A stretch of 64,000 nucleotides of DNA, taken from positions 3,264,001-3,328,000 of the forward strand of contig CBDDFZ010000001.1 in NCBI GenBank assembly GCA_965227515.1, read 5' to 3'. Both the position numbers and the translations under genes were made by a program. The DNA comes from Alphaproteobacteria bacterium. GTDB taxonomy: Bacteria; Pseudomonadota; Alphaproteobacteria; CALKHQ01. The notes below the pieces were generated by a model. The model was given only the letters and a program-made list of their open reading frames with translations, was not told the DNA's origin and did not search any database. Positions 28,359 to 38,093 of this stretch are shown one piece after another; position 1 is the first letter of the stretch, and each line of letters opens with the position of its first letter.

Positions 28359-29180
28359 TTGTCAAAGAACAACGCCAAGGCAAAGAACGGCGACGACAGA
28401 CCCGAGCGGTTGAAGACGAAGGTCTACGAGAAGGAGCTGGAGCGCCTGCAGGTCGAGCTGACCAAGGTGCAGGCGTGGGCGCAGGAAACCGGGGCGCGCA
28501 TCGTCGTGATCTTCGAAGGCCGCGACGCGGCCGGCAAGGGCGGTGTCATCAAACGCATTACCCAGTGGGTGAGCCCCCGTGTCGTGCGCACGGTGGCGCT
28601 GCCGAAGCCCACCGACCGCGAGAAGACCCAGTTCTATTTCCAGCGCTATATCGAGCACCTGCCGGCGGCCGGCGAGATCGTGTTGTTCGATCGCAGTTGG
28701 TACAACCGCGCCGGGGTCGAGCGGGTGATGGGGTTCTGCACCGAGCACCAGGCCCAGGAGTTCCTGCGGCTTTGCCCGCAGATGGAAAAGGAGATCATCC
28801 GCTCCGGCATCCAGCTCATCAAATACTGGTTCGACGTTTCCCAGGAAGAGCAGACCCGCCGGTTCATGAAGCGCATCCACGATCCCTTGCGGCAGTGGAA
28901 GCTCAGCCCGATCGACATTGCCGGCTATGACCAGTGGTGGGACATGGCGCGCTACATCGACGAGATGTTCGACGCCACCGATATCCCGGAATCGCCGTGG
29001 TACGTCGTCGACGCCGACCAGAAGCGGCGCGCGCGGCTGAACTGCATTTCACACCTGTTGAGCCTGATCCCCTACGAAGAGGTGCCGCACACCAAGCCCG
29101 AACTGCCCGAGCGGCAGGAAAAGCCGGAAGATATCTCGGTCGACCGGCACTATCGGCACCTCGTGCCGAAGCGCTACTGA
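28359..29180 (+). CDS. ppk2: Polyphosphate kinase 2
   Basis: FEGRDAAGKGG, FDRSWYNRAGVERVMGFC, WKLSP. Confidence 0.95.
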   Translation: MSKNNAKAKNGDDRPERLKTKVYEKELERLQVELTKVQAWAQETGARIVVIFEGRDAAGKGGVIKRITQWVSPRVVRTVALPKPTDREKTQFYFQRYIEHLPAAGEIVLFDRSWYNRAGVERVMGFCTEHQAQEFLRLCPQMEKEIIRSGIQLIKYWFDVSQEEQTRRFMKRIHDPLRQWKLSPIDIAGYDQWWDMARYIDEMFDATDIPESPWYVVDADQKRRARLNCISHLLSLIPYEEVPHTKPELPERQEKPEDISVDRHYRHLVPKRY

Positions 29181-29989
29181 TGGGTGCGCCGAAACTGCGT
29201 GCGGTGACCGCGGCCGCGTGCGCGGCGGTCTGCCTGGCGGTGCTGACCGGTTGCCCGCGCGAGCGGTTCGTCGATCCGCGCGTTGTGCCGACGACTGCCC
29301 ACGACACCCGCCCTGCCGCGACGCCGCTGGCGGACGCAGTCGTGGAAGCACCTGGCCCGGCGGAAAGCGCGCAGCCCGACGACGAAACCGTCACGGACGT
29401 CGTCGAAGCGCCGGCCGATATCATCGTCATCGAGGCGTCGGATCCACTAGACGAGCCTGTTGACGTCGATGCACCGCCCATCGCGGTCGCGGCGGCGTAC
29501 GACCCTGACAGCACCGCGCCGGTCCCCGCTGCGCCAGACGACGTATCAACCGGTAACGATTCCGGACTGGATGCGGACCCTTCGGCGCTGCTCAGCGCTG
29601 TGACGGCGTGCACGGCCGAGCACGGTTACGAGCCGCTGGCGCCGCAACCGACGGCCGGGCTGGGCGTTGGCGAACTGGCTTGGCGCACCTGCGTGCATAC
29701 GGCGGCCGACCGCATCATGTCGCGCAGCCTGCGCCGGCCCGAGCTGCTGGTGCAGTTGCTGCGCGCGGACGGGCAGCTTACCGACGCCATCCTGACCGGG
29801 GGCGTGACCAGGGAACAACGCACGGCCGACATCCAGCGCCGGCTGACCGCCCTCGCCCAGCAGGAGCGCAACATCAGGCTGCGCGAAGCCGATGACGTCA
29901 GCGATTTGCAGGTTGTCGCGGCCAGCCGGCTGCGCCAGCAAATCGATCAGATTGAGAACGATATCAATATTTTACTGCAGGTTCTCTAA
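29180..29989 (+). CDS. Hypothetical lipoprotein
   Basis: ATG overlaps the ppk2 stop; lipobox LTGC; Pro/Asp-rich linker then helical domain. Confidence 0.7.
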   Translation: MGAPKLRAVTAAACAAVCLAVLTGCPRERFVDPRVVPTTAHDTRPAATPLADAVVEAPGPAESAQPDDETVTDVVEAPADIIVIEASDPLDEPVDVDAPPIAVAAAYDPDSTAPVPAAPDDVSTGNDSGLDADPSALLSAVTACTAEHGYEPLAPQPTAGLGVGELAWRTCVHTAADRIMSRSLRRPELLVQLLRADGQLTDAILTGGVTREQRTADIQRRLTALAQQERNIRLREADDVSDLQVVAASRLRQQIDQIENDINILLQVL

Positions 29990-31497
29990 ACCAAAGCATG
30001 GTGCAGCGGCCGCAGGGCCGCGCGGGCGGGCTGATACACCTCGCGAAAACGGGCCTCGTAGAGGTCGGTCCAGTCCGGATTGGGCGCAATAGAGCGTACC
30101 GCCGGGCGTATCCGGTCCAGTGCATCGGCGAGTGACGCGTAGACGCCGGCGCCGATGCCGCCCAGGATCGCCGCGCCCAGGCTGACCGACTCCGGCATCT
30201 CAACGATTTCAACCGGTTGGTTGTAGATGCTGGCCTTGATCTCGACCTGCAGCGGGTTCAGCGTGCCGCCGCCGATGGCGATGATCCGGCCGGGCCTGGG
30301 TGCGCCGGGCTGCGCCTGCATGGTCTCCGCGATATTGCGCACGTCGTAGGCCACGCCCTCCAGCACCGCGCGATACATCACGGCACCGGTCACATCGCCA
30401 TTCAAGCCCAGAAAGGCGCCACGGTCGCGGGCGTCGACGAACGGCGGCGAGCCCAGGCGCAGATGGGGCAGGAAATGCACGCCGTGGCTGCCGGCCGGCA
30501 CGTCGGCGGCTGCCGCGATCAGCGTCTCGCGGTCGGCGTCGGCGGCAACGATGGAGCGCGCCCACTCCACGGCGCCGCCCGCGGTCATCAGCCCGCCCAT
30601 CAGGTAATACATGGGCCGGTCCAGGTGCATGATCGCCTGCTCCAGGCCAACTGAGACGAAATCGTCGCTGGCCACGGCGGTGTCCATCGTCAGGGCCAAC
30701 GCCTCCGCCGTGCCCATGGAATCGAGCATGGTTCCGGCCTGGAACAGGCCGACCGCCAGCCCACCGACGGCGTGATCGTGGCCACCGGTTGCGACCACGC
30801 AGTGCGATGGCAGGCCCGTCTCGGCGGCCACCTCGGGCCGCACCGTGCCGATACCGGTGCCGTTCGCGGTCAACGGTTGCAGCAGGGCGGGATCGATGCC
30901 GACTGCCTCGGCCGCGTCATCGGCCCAGGCCAGCGCCCCCTGGTCCAGCAGCAGCATCCGCGAGGCAAGCGTGTGTTCGGTGGCGCCCGCGCCGCTCAGC
31001 CGCCAGGCGATGTAGTCGGCGACGTTCAGCCAGCGCTTGGCCCGGGCGAAGTCGTCGGCCCGGTTGGCGCGCATCCACAGCATCTTGCAGAGGCCGGCGG
31101 TCGGGTCCAGCCGCATGCCGGTGCGCCGGGTCAGCGCCTCGCCGAAGCGGTCCGCCAGCGCCTGTGTCTCGGCGGACGGTCGGGTGTCGTACCAGGCCAG
31201 CGCCCGGGTCACCGGCTGGCCGGCCGCGTCGACCGGAATGCCGGACTCGCCGACACTGGCCACCGCCAGGCCGGCAATGCGCGACGGCTCCGGCGTGTCC
31301 GCGACCGCCTGCCCGATGGCGCTCACGGCAGCCTGCCACAGATCCTCGGCCTCATAATCGGCCCAACCCGGTTGCGGATGGCGCACGTCCGCCGCGGCGG
31401 CCCCTTCGGCGACGACGGTGCCGTCGGTCGTGAAGACAAGCGCGCGTACCCGGCTGGTGCCGGCATCGATGCCCATCAGCAGCGGGTCAGCGGTCAT
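29986..31497 (-). CDS. FGGY-family carbohydrate kinase
   Basis: GIDAGTS, WYDTR, GGHDH, SMGTA, AVLEGVA. Confidence 0.92.
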   Translation of the reverse strand: MTADPLLMGIDAGTSRVRALVFTTDGTVVAEGAAAADVRHPQPGWADYEAEDLWQAAVSAIGQAVADTPEPSRIAGLAVASVGESGIPVDAAGQPVTRALAWYDTRPSAETQALADRFGEALTRRTGMRLDPTAGLCKMLWMRANRADDFARAKRWLNVADYIAWRLSGAGATEHTLASRMLLLDQGALAWADDAAEAVGIDPALLQPLTANGTGIGTVRPEVAAETGLPSHCVVATGGHDHAVGGLAVGLFQAGTMLDSMGTAEALALTMDTAVASDDFVSVGLEQAIMHLDRPMYYLMGGLMTAGGAVEWARSIVAADADRETLIAAAADVPAGSHGVHFLPHLRLGSPPFVDARDRGAFLGLNGDVTGAVMYRAVLEGVAYDVRNIAETMQAQPGAPRPGRIIAIGGGTLNPLQVEIKASIYNQPVEIVEMPESVSLGAAILGGIGAGVYASLADALDRIRPAVRSIAPNPDWTDLYEARFREVYQPARAALRPLHHALV

Positions 31498-31566
31498 GAG
31501 TCCTCATGTGAAGTCATCGGTACGGGCGTTAACCTACGGAAATAGCGTAATTTCAAAGGATGGTGC

Positions 31567-32388
31567 TCAGGCCATGGTGAGTTTGAGAGCGGTTTCCACC
31601 GAAGCACCGTCATGCACGATCTCGCGCAGGGCCGCGACCATGCCGCCCGGGTTCTCCGCCTGCCAGACATTACGCCCGAACACCACGCCCTTGGCGCCAG
31701 CCTCCATGGATTCGGAGACGGCGACCAGAACTTCCTCCACGCTGTTCATCCGCGCCCCGCCGGTGATGAAGACCGGCACCGGGCAGTTCTCGATCACCCG
31801 GCGGAACGACTTGCCGGACCCCGTGAAATAAGTGCAGACCATGTCGGCGCCGTGCTCGAACGCCAGGCGGCAGGCGGCGGCCATCGGCTCGGCATCCAAG
31901 GTGTCGTGGATATTGGGGTTGGGGCACGGCAGCGCTTCCACGACAACCGGCATCTTGCCGTAGCACTCCTCGGCCACGCTGCCGATGATCTGCATGGTCG
32001 CCAGTTCGACCTCGGACCCCATGAACAGCATCACGCAAACCGCGGCGGCGCCCAGTTGCTGGGCGGCATGCACGGGGTGGAGCTGGGTCCACTGGGTGGC
32101 GGTCAGCCAGCCTTCGCGATAGACGCTGCACCCGCCATCCAGCCGCAGCAGCACCGGCAGCCGGTCGCGCAAGTGCTCGCGAAATCGCTTGAACAGGCCG
32201 TAGCTGACCAGCACGCTATCCGCCTCGGCGGACAGCACCTCCTTCAGCAACCGGGCGGGGTCGGTCAGCCCCTCGATGGTTCCGAAGTAGCGTGCGTGGT
32301 CGATCGCCACCACAACCTGGTTAGCCGATGGGTCGAAATCCGCCAACGCATCCTCCCGGCGCTTGCCTGCGCCAACCCAACGTGCCAC
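31567..32388 (-). CDS. Class I aldolase, DhnA/LsrF family
   Basis: AIDH, EHGAD, PVFITGG, GAKGVVFGRNVWQ. Confidence 0.8.
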   Translation of the reverse strand: MARWVGAGKRREDALADFDPSANQVVVAIDHARYFGTIEGLTDPARLLKEVLSAEADSVLVSYGLFKRFREHLRDRLPVLLRLDGGCSVYREGWLTATQWTQLHPVHAAQQLGAAAVCVMLFMGSEVELATMQIIGSVAEECYGKMPVVVEALPCPNPNIHDTLDAEPMAAACRLAFEHGADMVCTYFTGSGKSFRRVIENCPVPVFITGGARMNSVEEVLVAVSESMEAGAKGVVFGRNVWQAENPGGMVAALREIVHDGASVETALKLTMA

Positions 32389-32439
32389 CCGCTATTGCGT
32401 TCCCGGCACGCGGGCCAAATTCAGCGGTTTGCGTCGGTG

Positions 32440-32658
32440 TCAGTCGATCTCCACCGCCAGGGTGCCGGCGTCGACGCCCTCCTGCCCCTCCTCGATGTGG
32501 ACCGCGCTCACCGTGCCATCGGCCTCGGCCGCATGGGGTACCTCGGTCTTCATCACCTCCAGGATGAACAAGACGTCGCCGGATTTCACCGCGTCGCCGG
32601 GCTTCACCAGCACTTTCCACACATTGCCGGGAATCTGGGTCTCGATCTTCTGCGCCAT
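32440..32658 (-). CDS. Biotin carboxyl carrier protein (single biotinyl domain)
   Basis: PGNVWK..GD.V..GD...ILEVMKTE biotinylation motif. Confidence 0.92.
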   Translation of the reverse strand: MAQKIETQIPGNVWKVLVKPGDAVKSGDVLFILEVMKTEVPHAAEADGTVSAVHIEEGQEGVDAGTLAVEID

Positions 32659-32705
32659 GGTCGTCTCTTACCCGTGTCGTGCTGTTGTCTGGTTCAGGCT
32701 GGTGT

Positions 32706-33674
32706 TCAATTGATGCTTGCGGGGCTGGCGACCTTATCGAGGTCGCGGCGCAGTGCCTGCGCCTCTTCCACGCTGACCAGCTTGAAGTTGTAGATGTCGC
32801 CGGGTTTGGACTGGCCCAGCTTCCAGAATGCGGCGGTCGGCACCGTGTAGGGATTGATGAACCCGCCCATCGAGCAGCCGTCGTGCACCAGGATGATCGG
32901 CGTCTGGCCAGCCAGGTTGATCGCGCCCAGCGGATAGCCCTGGTCGATGATGTTGGAGGGTTCCGACCCGTTTTCCGGCGCCTTGTTGGTCGCCTTCTCC
33001 GAGAACGTCCAGTCCGGCCCGTCGAGACGATAGCCGCTGCGCGCGCTCTTGCCGGAGAGCTTCCACTCCGTGGTCAGGAAACGCTCCTGGCCGGCCTCGT
33101 CGATCCAGTCGTCGTTCGGCCCGGCGCAGACCTCGATGGTCCAGTGCTTGTCGGTCGAGAATTGCGGCAGGGCGCCGTCCTTCACCGTGCGGCCGGGCGT
33201 GCCCGCCGCCTCGGCAACCGGCACCACCTGCCCGTCCTGGATCGCGTGACCCTCCATGCCGCCGACGCCGGCCGCATGGAAAGTGGAGCGCGAGCCCAGC
33301 CAAGGCTCGGTCGAGATGCCGCCGCCGACGCAGATATAGGCGCGCGCACCGACCTTGCAGAACGCCATTTCCAGAAGCTGGCCGGCCTTCACCGCGATAC
33401 TGGTCCACATCGCCACCGGCTCGCCGTCGATCTTCGGCGACATGTCGGCGCCGGTAATCGCGATCACGCCGTCGCGCTGGAACTTCAGCGACGGGCCGAT
33501 GAACTGGCACTCCAGGCCGGCCGCCCCCGGCTCGTTGCCGACCAACGCATTGCCCAGCCTGAACGACCAGCTGTCCATCGGACCGGACGGTGGGAACCCC
33601 TGGTTCCAGTAGCCGATACGTCCCGGATAGTCCTGGACGCTGGTCTCGAACCCCTTCTTGATGACTTCCAGCAT
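32706..33674 (-). CDS. pxpC: Carboxyltransferase/AHS2 subunit (PxpC/KipA-like)
   Basis: TSVQDYPGR.GY..GFPPSGPMD, LGSRST, R.GYRL. Confidence 0.85.
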   Translation of the reverse strand: MLEVIKKGFETSVQDYPGRIGYWNQGFPPSGPMDSWSFRLGNALVGNEPGAAGLECQFIGPSLKFQRDGVIAITGADMSPKIDGEPVAMWTSIAVKAGQLLEMAFCKVGARAYICVGGGISTEPWLGSRSTFHAAGVGGMEGHAIQDGQVVPVAEAAGTPGRTVKDGALPQFSTDKHWTIEVCAGPNDDWIDEAGQERFLTTEWKLSGKSARSGYRLDGPDWTFSEKATNKAPENGSEPSNIIDQGYPLGAINLAGQTPIILVHDGCSMGGFINPYTVPTAAFWKLGQSKPGDIYNFKLVSVEEAQALRRDLDKVASPASIN

Positions 33675-33684
33675 GAGGTTCCCC

Positions 33685-34554
33685 TTAGAAACGGTCGTTG
33701 CGGTCGATGGTGCCCAGCCAGTCCTTGTACTGGCGCACCGAGAACATCTGATATTCGTTGACGTTGAAGATGTAGGAGCCGTCCTTGACCTGACCCTCGA
33801 CGTGCTCGAACTCCTCGACGCTGACCGGAATGAACTTGATGCGGTCGCCGGGCCGGAACAGGCAGATCGAATCCTCGAACTGCGGGAACCGCTGCTCGGT
33901 GTCCCAGATCGGCACCGGCGTACGGGCGAAGATCTGGTAGCCGCCGGGCGTCGCCACCGGATAGATCGCGGTCGCGGCACCGCCCATGCCGATGGTGCCC
34001 TGCGGGGTCCAGGTGCGTGGCGGGTTGTACTTCGGCGCCGTGATCATCGAGCGGGTGTCGAGCGGCATCAGGAACGGCAGGCCGGGCCAGAAGCCCAGCG
34101 AGGCGACCCAGTACTCGGTGCCGGAGTGCACGCGCACGAGTTGGTCAGGCCCGCTCAGATCGTTGATGCGCGCGACGAACTCCGGGTCCGGCTCCTTCTG
34201 GGTCACCTTCTCGCAATAGTCCTCGACGCATTCCTTGGTCCACGGGTCCAGGTAGGTGGCCGGGAAATAGAACAGGCGGCTGGGCAGCACGATGTCGTCG
34301 GACGGGCCCAGGCTGCCGATCAGCGAGGTCAGTTCCTTTTCCAGATCGGCGCGGCTGATGTCGTCGGACTCGTAGTGCACGAGCAACGAGGCGAAGCACG
34401 GTGCCGTTTCGACCACACCCTTGGTGCCGCTCTCCTCGATGGCTGAGGCCAGGCCCTGCGCCAGGAAGTTCAGCTCGAGGTTCATCTCGTTGCCGAACTC
34501 GATCAGCACAAACCGGTCGCCTCCCGGCAGGAAGCGAGGTTCGTCGTAGATCAT
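33685..34554 (-). CDS. pxpB: Carboxyltransferase/AHS1 subunit (PxpB/KipI-like)
   Basis: GDRFVLIEFG, GFWPGLP, KYNPPRTWTP, IYP..TPGGYQ. Confidence 0.85.
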   Translation of the reverse strand: MIYDEPRFLPGGDRFVLIEFGNEMNLELNFLAQGLASAIEESGTKGVVETAPCFASLLVHYESDDISRADLEKELTSLIGSLGPSDDIVLPSRLFYFPATYLDPWTKECVEDYCEKVTQKEPDPEFVARINDLSGPDQLVRVHSGTEYWVASLGFWPGLPFLMPLDTRSMITAPKYNPPRTWTPQGTIGMGGAATAIYPVATPGGYQIFARTPVPIWDTEQRFPQFEDSICLFRPGDRIKFIPVSVEEFEHVEGQVKDGSYIFNVNEYQMFSVRQYKDWLGTIDRNDRF

Positions 34555-34580
34555 TCAGGCACCTCCCCTAATTTCCATTC

Positions 34581-34660
34581 AAGTCGGCACCGGCCCTCTC
34601 CCCCACCCGGCCACCCGACGATACCGACGCTGGATGCCCGGCTGGGGAATAGGGCCGGTG
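34581..34660. repeat. Degenerate copy of the 130-bp palindromic MITE family
   Basis: AAGTCGGCACCGGCCCTCTCCCCCACCCGGCC...GGCTGGGGAATAGGGCCGGTG matches the copies at 57313 and 59160. Confidence 0.85.
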
Positions 34661-34685
34661 TGAATTCGCACGCGCAAACAAGGCG

Positions 34686-36044
34686 CTATTTCAACGCATC
34701 GATGTGGTCGGTGACAAAGCCGGTGCTGACATCGCCGTCGCGGAAGGCCGGATGTTCCAACAACCGGCGCAGAAAGGCAATATTGGTGGACACGCCCTCC
34801 ACGCCGAAGCCGGCGAGCGCGCCGTCAAGCCGGTCTAGCGCGGCATCCCGGTCGGCACCATGGGCGATCACCTTGGCCAACGTCGGGTCGTAATGGATGG
34901 TCACCTGGTCGCCGGCACGCACGCCGGCATCTATCCGCAGGCCGTCGGCCGCCCCCGGCGCGTCGAACGCGGCGATGGCACCCGGCGACGGCAGGAAGTT
35001 CATCTCCGGCCGCTCGGCGTAGACCCGCGCCTCGATGGCGTGGCCCGAGGCCGCGATCTTGTCCTGGGCCAGCTCGGCCGAGATATCCTCGCCCAGCGCA
35101 TGGCGAATCTGCGCCTGCACCAGGTCGACCCCGGTGATCATCTCGGTCACCGGATGCTCGACCTGGATGCGCGTGTTCATCTCCAGGAAGTAGAAGTCCT
35201 GGTCGGGGCCGACGATGAACTCCACCGTACCGGCCCCTTCGTAGTTGCACGCCTCGGCCAGGCGCACGGCGGCGGACGCCATGGCGGCGCGCGTCTCCGG
35301 CTTCAGGCCGGGTGCCGGGCTCTCCTCGACGATCTTCTGGAACCGCCTCTGGATGGAGCATTCGCGCTCGAACAGGTGGACCGCCCGGCCGTCGCCGAAG
35401 CCGAACACCTGGATCTCGATGTGCCGGGCCGGGCTAACCAGCTTCTCGACATAGACCGTGGCATCGCCGAACGAGCCGCCGGCGAGCTTCTGGGTGGCGG
35501 CGATGGCGTCCAGCAACTGGCCGGCATCGTCGACCCGGCGCATGCCGATGCCGCCACCGCCGGCAGTCGCCTTCACCAGGACCGGTAGCCCGGTGTCGCG
35601 CAACAACGCATCGGCGTCGATGGGGTCGTCGGGCCCCAGGCGCGGGCTGCCGGGCACCACAGGCACCCCGGCGGCCACCGCGAGGTCGCGGGCGCGTTGC
35701 TTGTCGCCCATGTCGCGGATGCTGTCGCCCGAGGGGCCGATCCAGCGCAGTCCCGCCTGCCCAACCGCCGCGGCGAAACCGGCATTCTCGGCCAGGAAGC
35801 CGTAGCCGGGATGGACCGCGTCGGCGCCCATCTCGGCACCGGCCGCCAGCACGACGTCGGCCTTCAGGTAGCTCTCCGCCGGCTTGGCCGGGCCGATGGC
35901 GCGCGCATCGTCGGCCATCTCGACGTGGAGGGCCTGCGCATCGGCCTCGGAATGCACCGCCAGCGCACGGTGCCCCAGCGCCTGGGCGGCACGGATGATC
36001 CGGCAGGCGATCTCGCCCCGGTTCGCAATCAGGATATTGGCCAT
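34686..36044 (-). CDS. Biotin carboxylase (AccC-like)
   Basis: ANRGEIA, HPGYGFLAEN, GGGGIGM, RECSIQRR.QK, EMNTRIQVEHPVTE. Confidence 0.94.
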   Translation of the reverse strand: MANILIANRGEIACRIIRAAQALGHRALAVHSEADAQALHVEMADDARAIGPAKPAESYLKADVVLAAGAEMGADAVHPGYGFLAENAGFAAAVGQAGLRWIGPSGDSIRDMGDKQRARDLAVAAGVPVVPGSPRLGPDDPIDADALLRDTGLPVLVKATAGGGGIGMRRVDDAGQLLDAIAATQKLAGGSFGDATVYVEKLVSPARHIEIQVFGFGDGRAVHLFERECSIQRRFQKIVEESPAPGLKPETRAAMASAAVRLAEACNYEGAGTVEFIVGPDQDFYFLEMNTRIQVEHPVTEMITGVDLVQAQIRHALGEDISAELAQDKIAASGHAIEARVYAERPEMNFLPSPGAIAAFDAPGAADGLRIDAGVRAGDQVTIHYDPTLAKVIAHGADRDAALDRLDGALAGFGVEGVSTNIAFLRRLLEHPAFRDGDVSTGFVTDHIDALK

Positions 36045-36060
36045 TTGGATCCAGTAATGA

Positions 36061-36177
36061 CGTCATGCCCGGGCCGGCCCCCGTCCACTTCCAAGGGGGC
36101 CGAGACCCGGGTATCCACGACTTGACGACCGCAGCCAAAGAAAGACGTGGATGCCCGCAACACGTGCGGGCATGACG
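36061..36177. repeat. RIME/REP-like palindromic repeat
   Basis: CGTCATGCCCGG...ATCCACG...CGTGGATGCCCG...GGGCATGACG; inverted copy at 38707. Confidence 0.85.
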
Positions 36178-36230
36178 ATTGAGGTTTCGCAGACATCATG
36201 TCTGTCTTGGGCGCGTTCCTGGCGATCCGC

Positions 36231-36956
36231 TCAGTTCAGATGCGCGCGGATCTTTTCGTGCACCGCCTTGGCGACCGCGACGGCGCCCGGCGTGTCGGAG
36301 TGCACACAGATGCTGTCGGCACGCACCGGAATGTCGTTGCCGTCGATGGTCTTGACCTTGCCTTCGGAGATCGCGCGCATGGTGCGGTCGGCGGCGACAT
36401 CCGGGTCCCACGGTGCGTGCTCGCGGGTGATCACCACCATGCCGTTCGAGCCATAGTCCAGGTCGACATAGAACTCGGACACGAAGCCCAACCCGCGCTC
36501 CTGGTAGATTTCCTCGTGCAGCGTATTGGCCATGCCGAAGATCGGCACCCCGAACACGTCGGCCGCGTCGCACACCGCGTGCGCCATCTCCGGGTCGCGC
36601 GCGGCCATGCCGTAGAGCGAACCGTGCGGCTTGATGTGGTTGAGCGGCATGCCGGCGGCGTCCAGGAACGCCTTCAGCGCACCGACCTGGTAGACGATGA
36701 TGTCGGCCATTTCCTGGCGCTCCATCTTCATCTCGCGGCGGCCGAAGCCCTGCAGGTCGGGCAGCGACGGGTGCGCGCCCACCTTCACGTCGTGCTGCTT
36801 GGCCAGGGCGACGGTCTTGCGCATCACCGAGGGGTCGGAGCCATGGAACCCGCAGGCCACATTGGCGACGGTGATGAAGGGCATGATGCCCTCGTCGTCG
36901 CCCATCTTGTAGAGGCCGAACGCCTCGCCCATGTCGCAGTTGATATCGACCCCCAT
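36231..36956 (-). CDS. pxpA: LamB/YcsF family protein (5-oxoprolinase subunit A-like)
   Basis: DINCDMGE, NVACGFH, GAHPSLPD..GFGRR, IKPHGSLY, ICVHSDTP. Confidence 0.93.
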   Translation of the reverse strand: MGVDINCDMGEAFGLYKMGDDEGIMPFITVANVACGFHGSDPSVMRKTVALAKQHDVKVGAHPSLPDLQGFGRREMKMERQEMADIIVYQVGALKAFLDAAGMPLNHIKPHGSLYGMAARDPEMAHAVCDAADVFGVPIFGMANTLHEEIYQERGLGFVSEFYVDLDYGSNGMVVITREHAPWDPDVAADRTMRAISEGKVKTIDGNDIPVRADSICVHSDTPGAVAVAKAVHEKIRAHLN

Positions 36957-36982
36957 CTCGCCCTCCTGAAGAAAGTCTGGTC

Positions 36983-37969
36983 TCAAACGGCGGCGACGTC
37001 GGCCGGCGCACCGTTGCTGGCCGCAGACTGAACGATTGCTTCCAGAACCGCAACGTTGTGCGCGGCTTCTTGCGGCTTCACCGGGAACGGCGCGCGCCCG
37101 GCACAGGCATCGGCGAAGGCTTCCAGTTCGGCGTTGAGCGTATCGCGCTGGGGCAGCTCCAGCGGCGTGATCGGCCCGGTGCCCTGGCGCACGCGCATTT
37201 CGGTCAGGTCCTCCGACACATAGGCCGCGAGCTTGCTGCCGTAGACGTTGAGCAGCCGGGTGTCTGCAGTGGCGAACAGCGTGCCCAGATAGGCGGTCGC
37301 GCCGCTCTGGAAGTCGAGCAGCATGACCGTGGTGTCGTCGATGTCGACCGCGACCGCGTGCCGGCGCGAGATCGCCAGAACCCTCGATACCGGGCCGAAC
37401 AGGTGGGTCAGAGCGTCGACCATGTGGATGCCGAGCGCGGTCATGGCGCCGGCCGGGCTTTCGTCCGGGTCGGCGCGCCAGCGCTCCGGCGTGTAGTCGA
37501 GCGCGCTCGGCAGCGAGAACTGCGCCTCGCCATGCAGCAGGGTGCCGAAATCGCCGCGCCCGATCATCGCCTTCAGGGCCGCCACCGCGGGGGCCAGCCG
37601 CCGGTTGTGGCCGACCGCGAGCACAACGCCGGCCGAGTCGCAGGCGGCGATCGCGACGCGGGCATCGTCCAGGCTGAGGGTGAACGGCTTTTCGACGAAC
37701 ACGTGCTTGCCGGCCTCGGCCGCCATGCGCACGTGGGCGGCGTGCTTTGAGTGCGGGGTCGTCAGCAGCACGGCGTCGATGTCCGGGTCCGCCAGCACCG
37801 CCTCAAAGGAGTCGATGGCCCGCGCGCCGTATTTCTCCGCGAATGCCGCGCGCTTCTCGGCCGAGCGGCTGGTGCAGGCTGTGATGCCGATCCGCTCCGA
37901 CTTGTCGTGTATCGCGTCCGCAAGCTGGTCCGACCACCAGCCCAGACCCACCGAAGCCACGCGCAGCAT
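36983..37969 (-). CDS. Gfo/Idh/MocA oxidoreductase
   Basis: VGLGWW, GKHVFVEKP, GHNRR, GIHMVD. Confidence 0.9.
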   Translation of the reverse strand: MLRVASVGLGWWSDQLADAIHDKSERIGITACTSRSAEKRAAFAEKYGARAIDSFEAVLADPDIDAVLLTTPHSKHAAHVRMAAEAGKHVFVEKPFTLSLDDARVAIAACDSAGVVLAVGHNRRLAPAVAALKAMIGRGDFGTLLHGEAQFSLPSALDYTPERWRADPDESPAGAMTALGIHMVDALTHLFGPVSRVLAISRRHAVAVDIDDTTVMLLDFQSGATAYLGTLFATADTRLLNVYGSKLAAYVSEDLTEMRVRQGTGPITPLELPQRDTLNAELEAFADACAGRAPFPVKPQEAAHNVAVLEAIVQSAASNGAPADVAAV

Positions 37970-38093
37970 GCAACCCTCCCCCACCCGTTGCGGCAATCGA
38001 TGCGGCTTGACCGCATCCGCCCCGACCGCATAATCGGGGCCGCATCATAACGGACCCGCGCCGCGCGCGGGCAACTAGAGTTTGGAGGCATCG

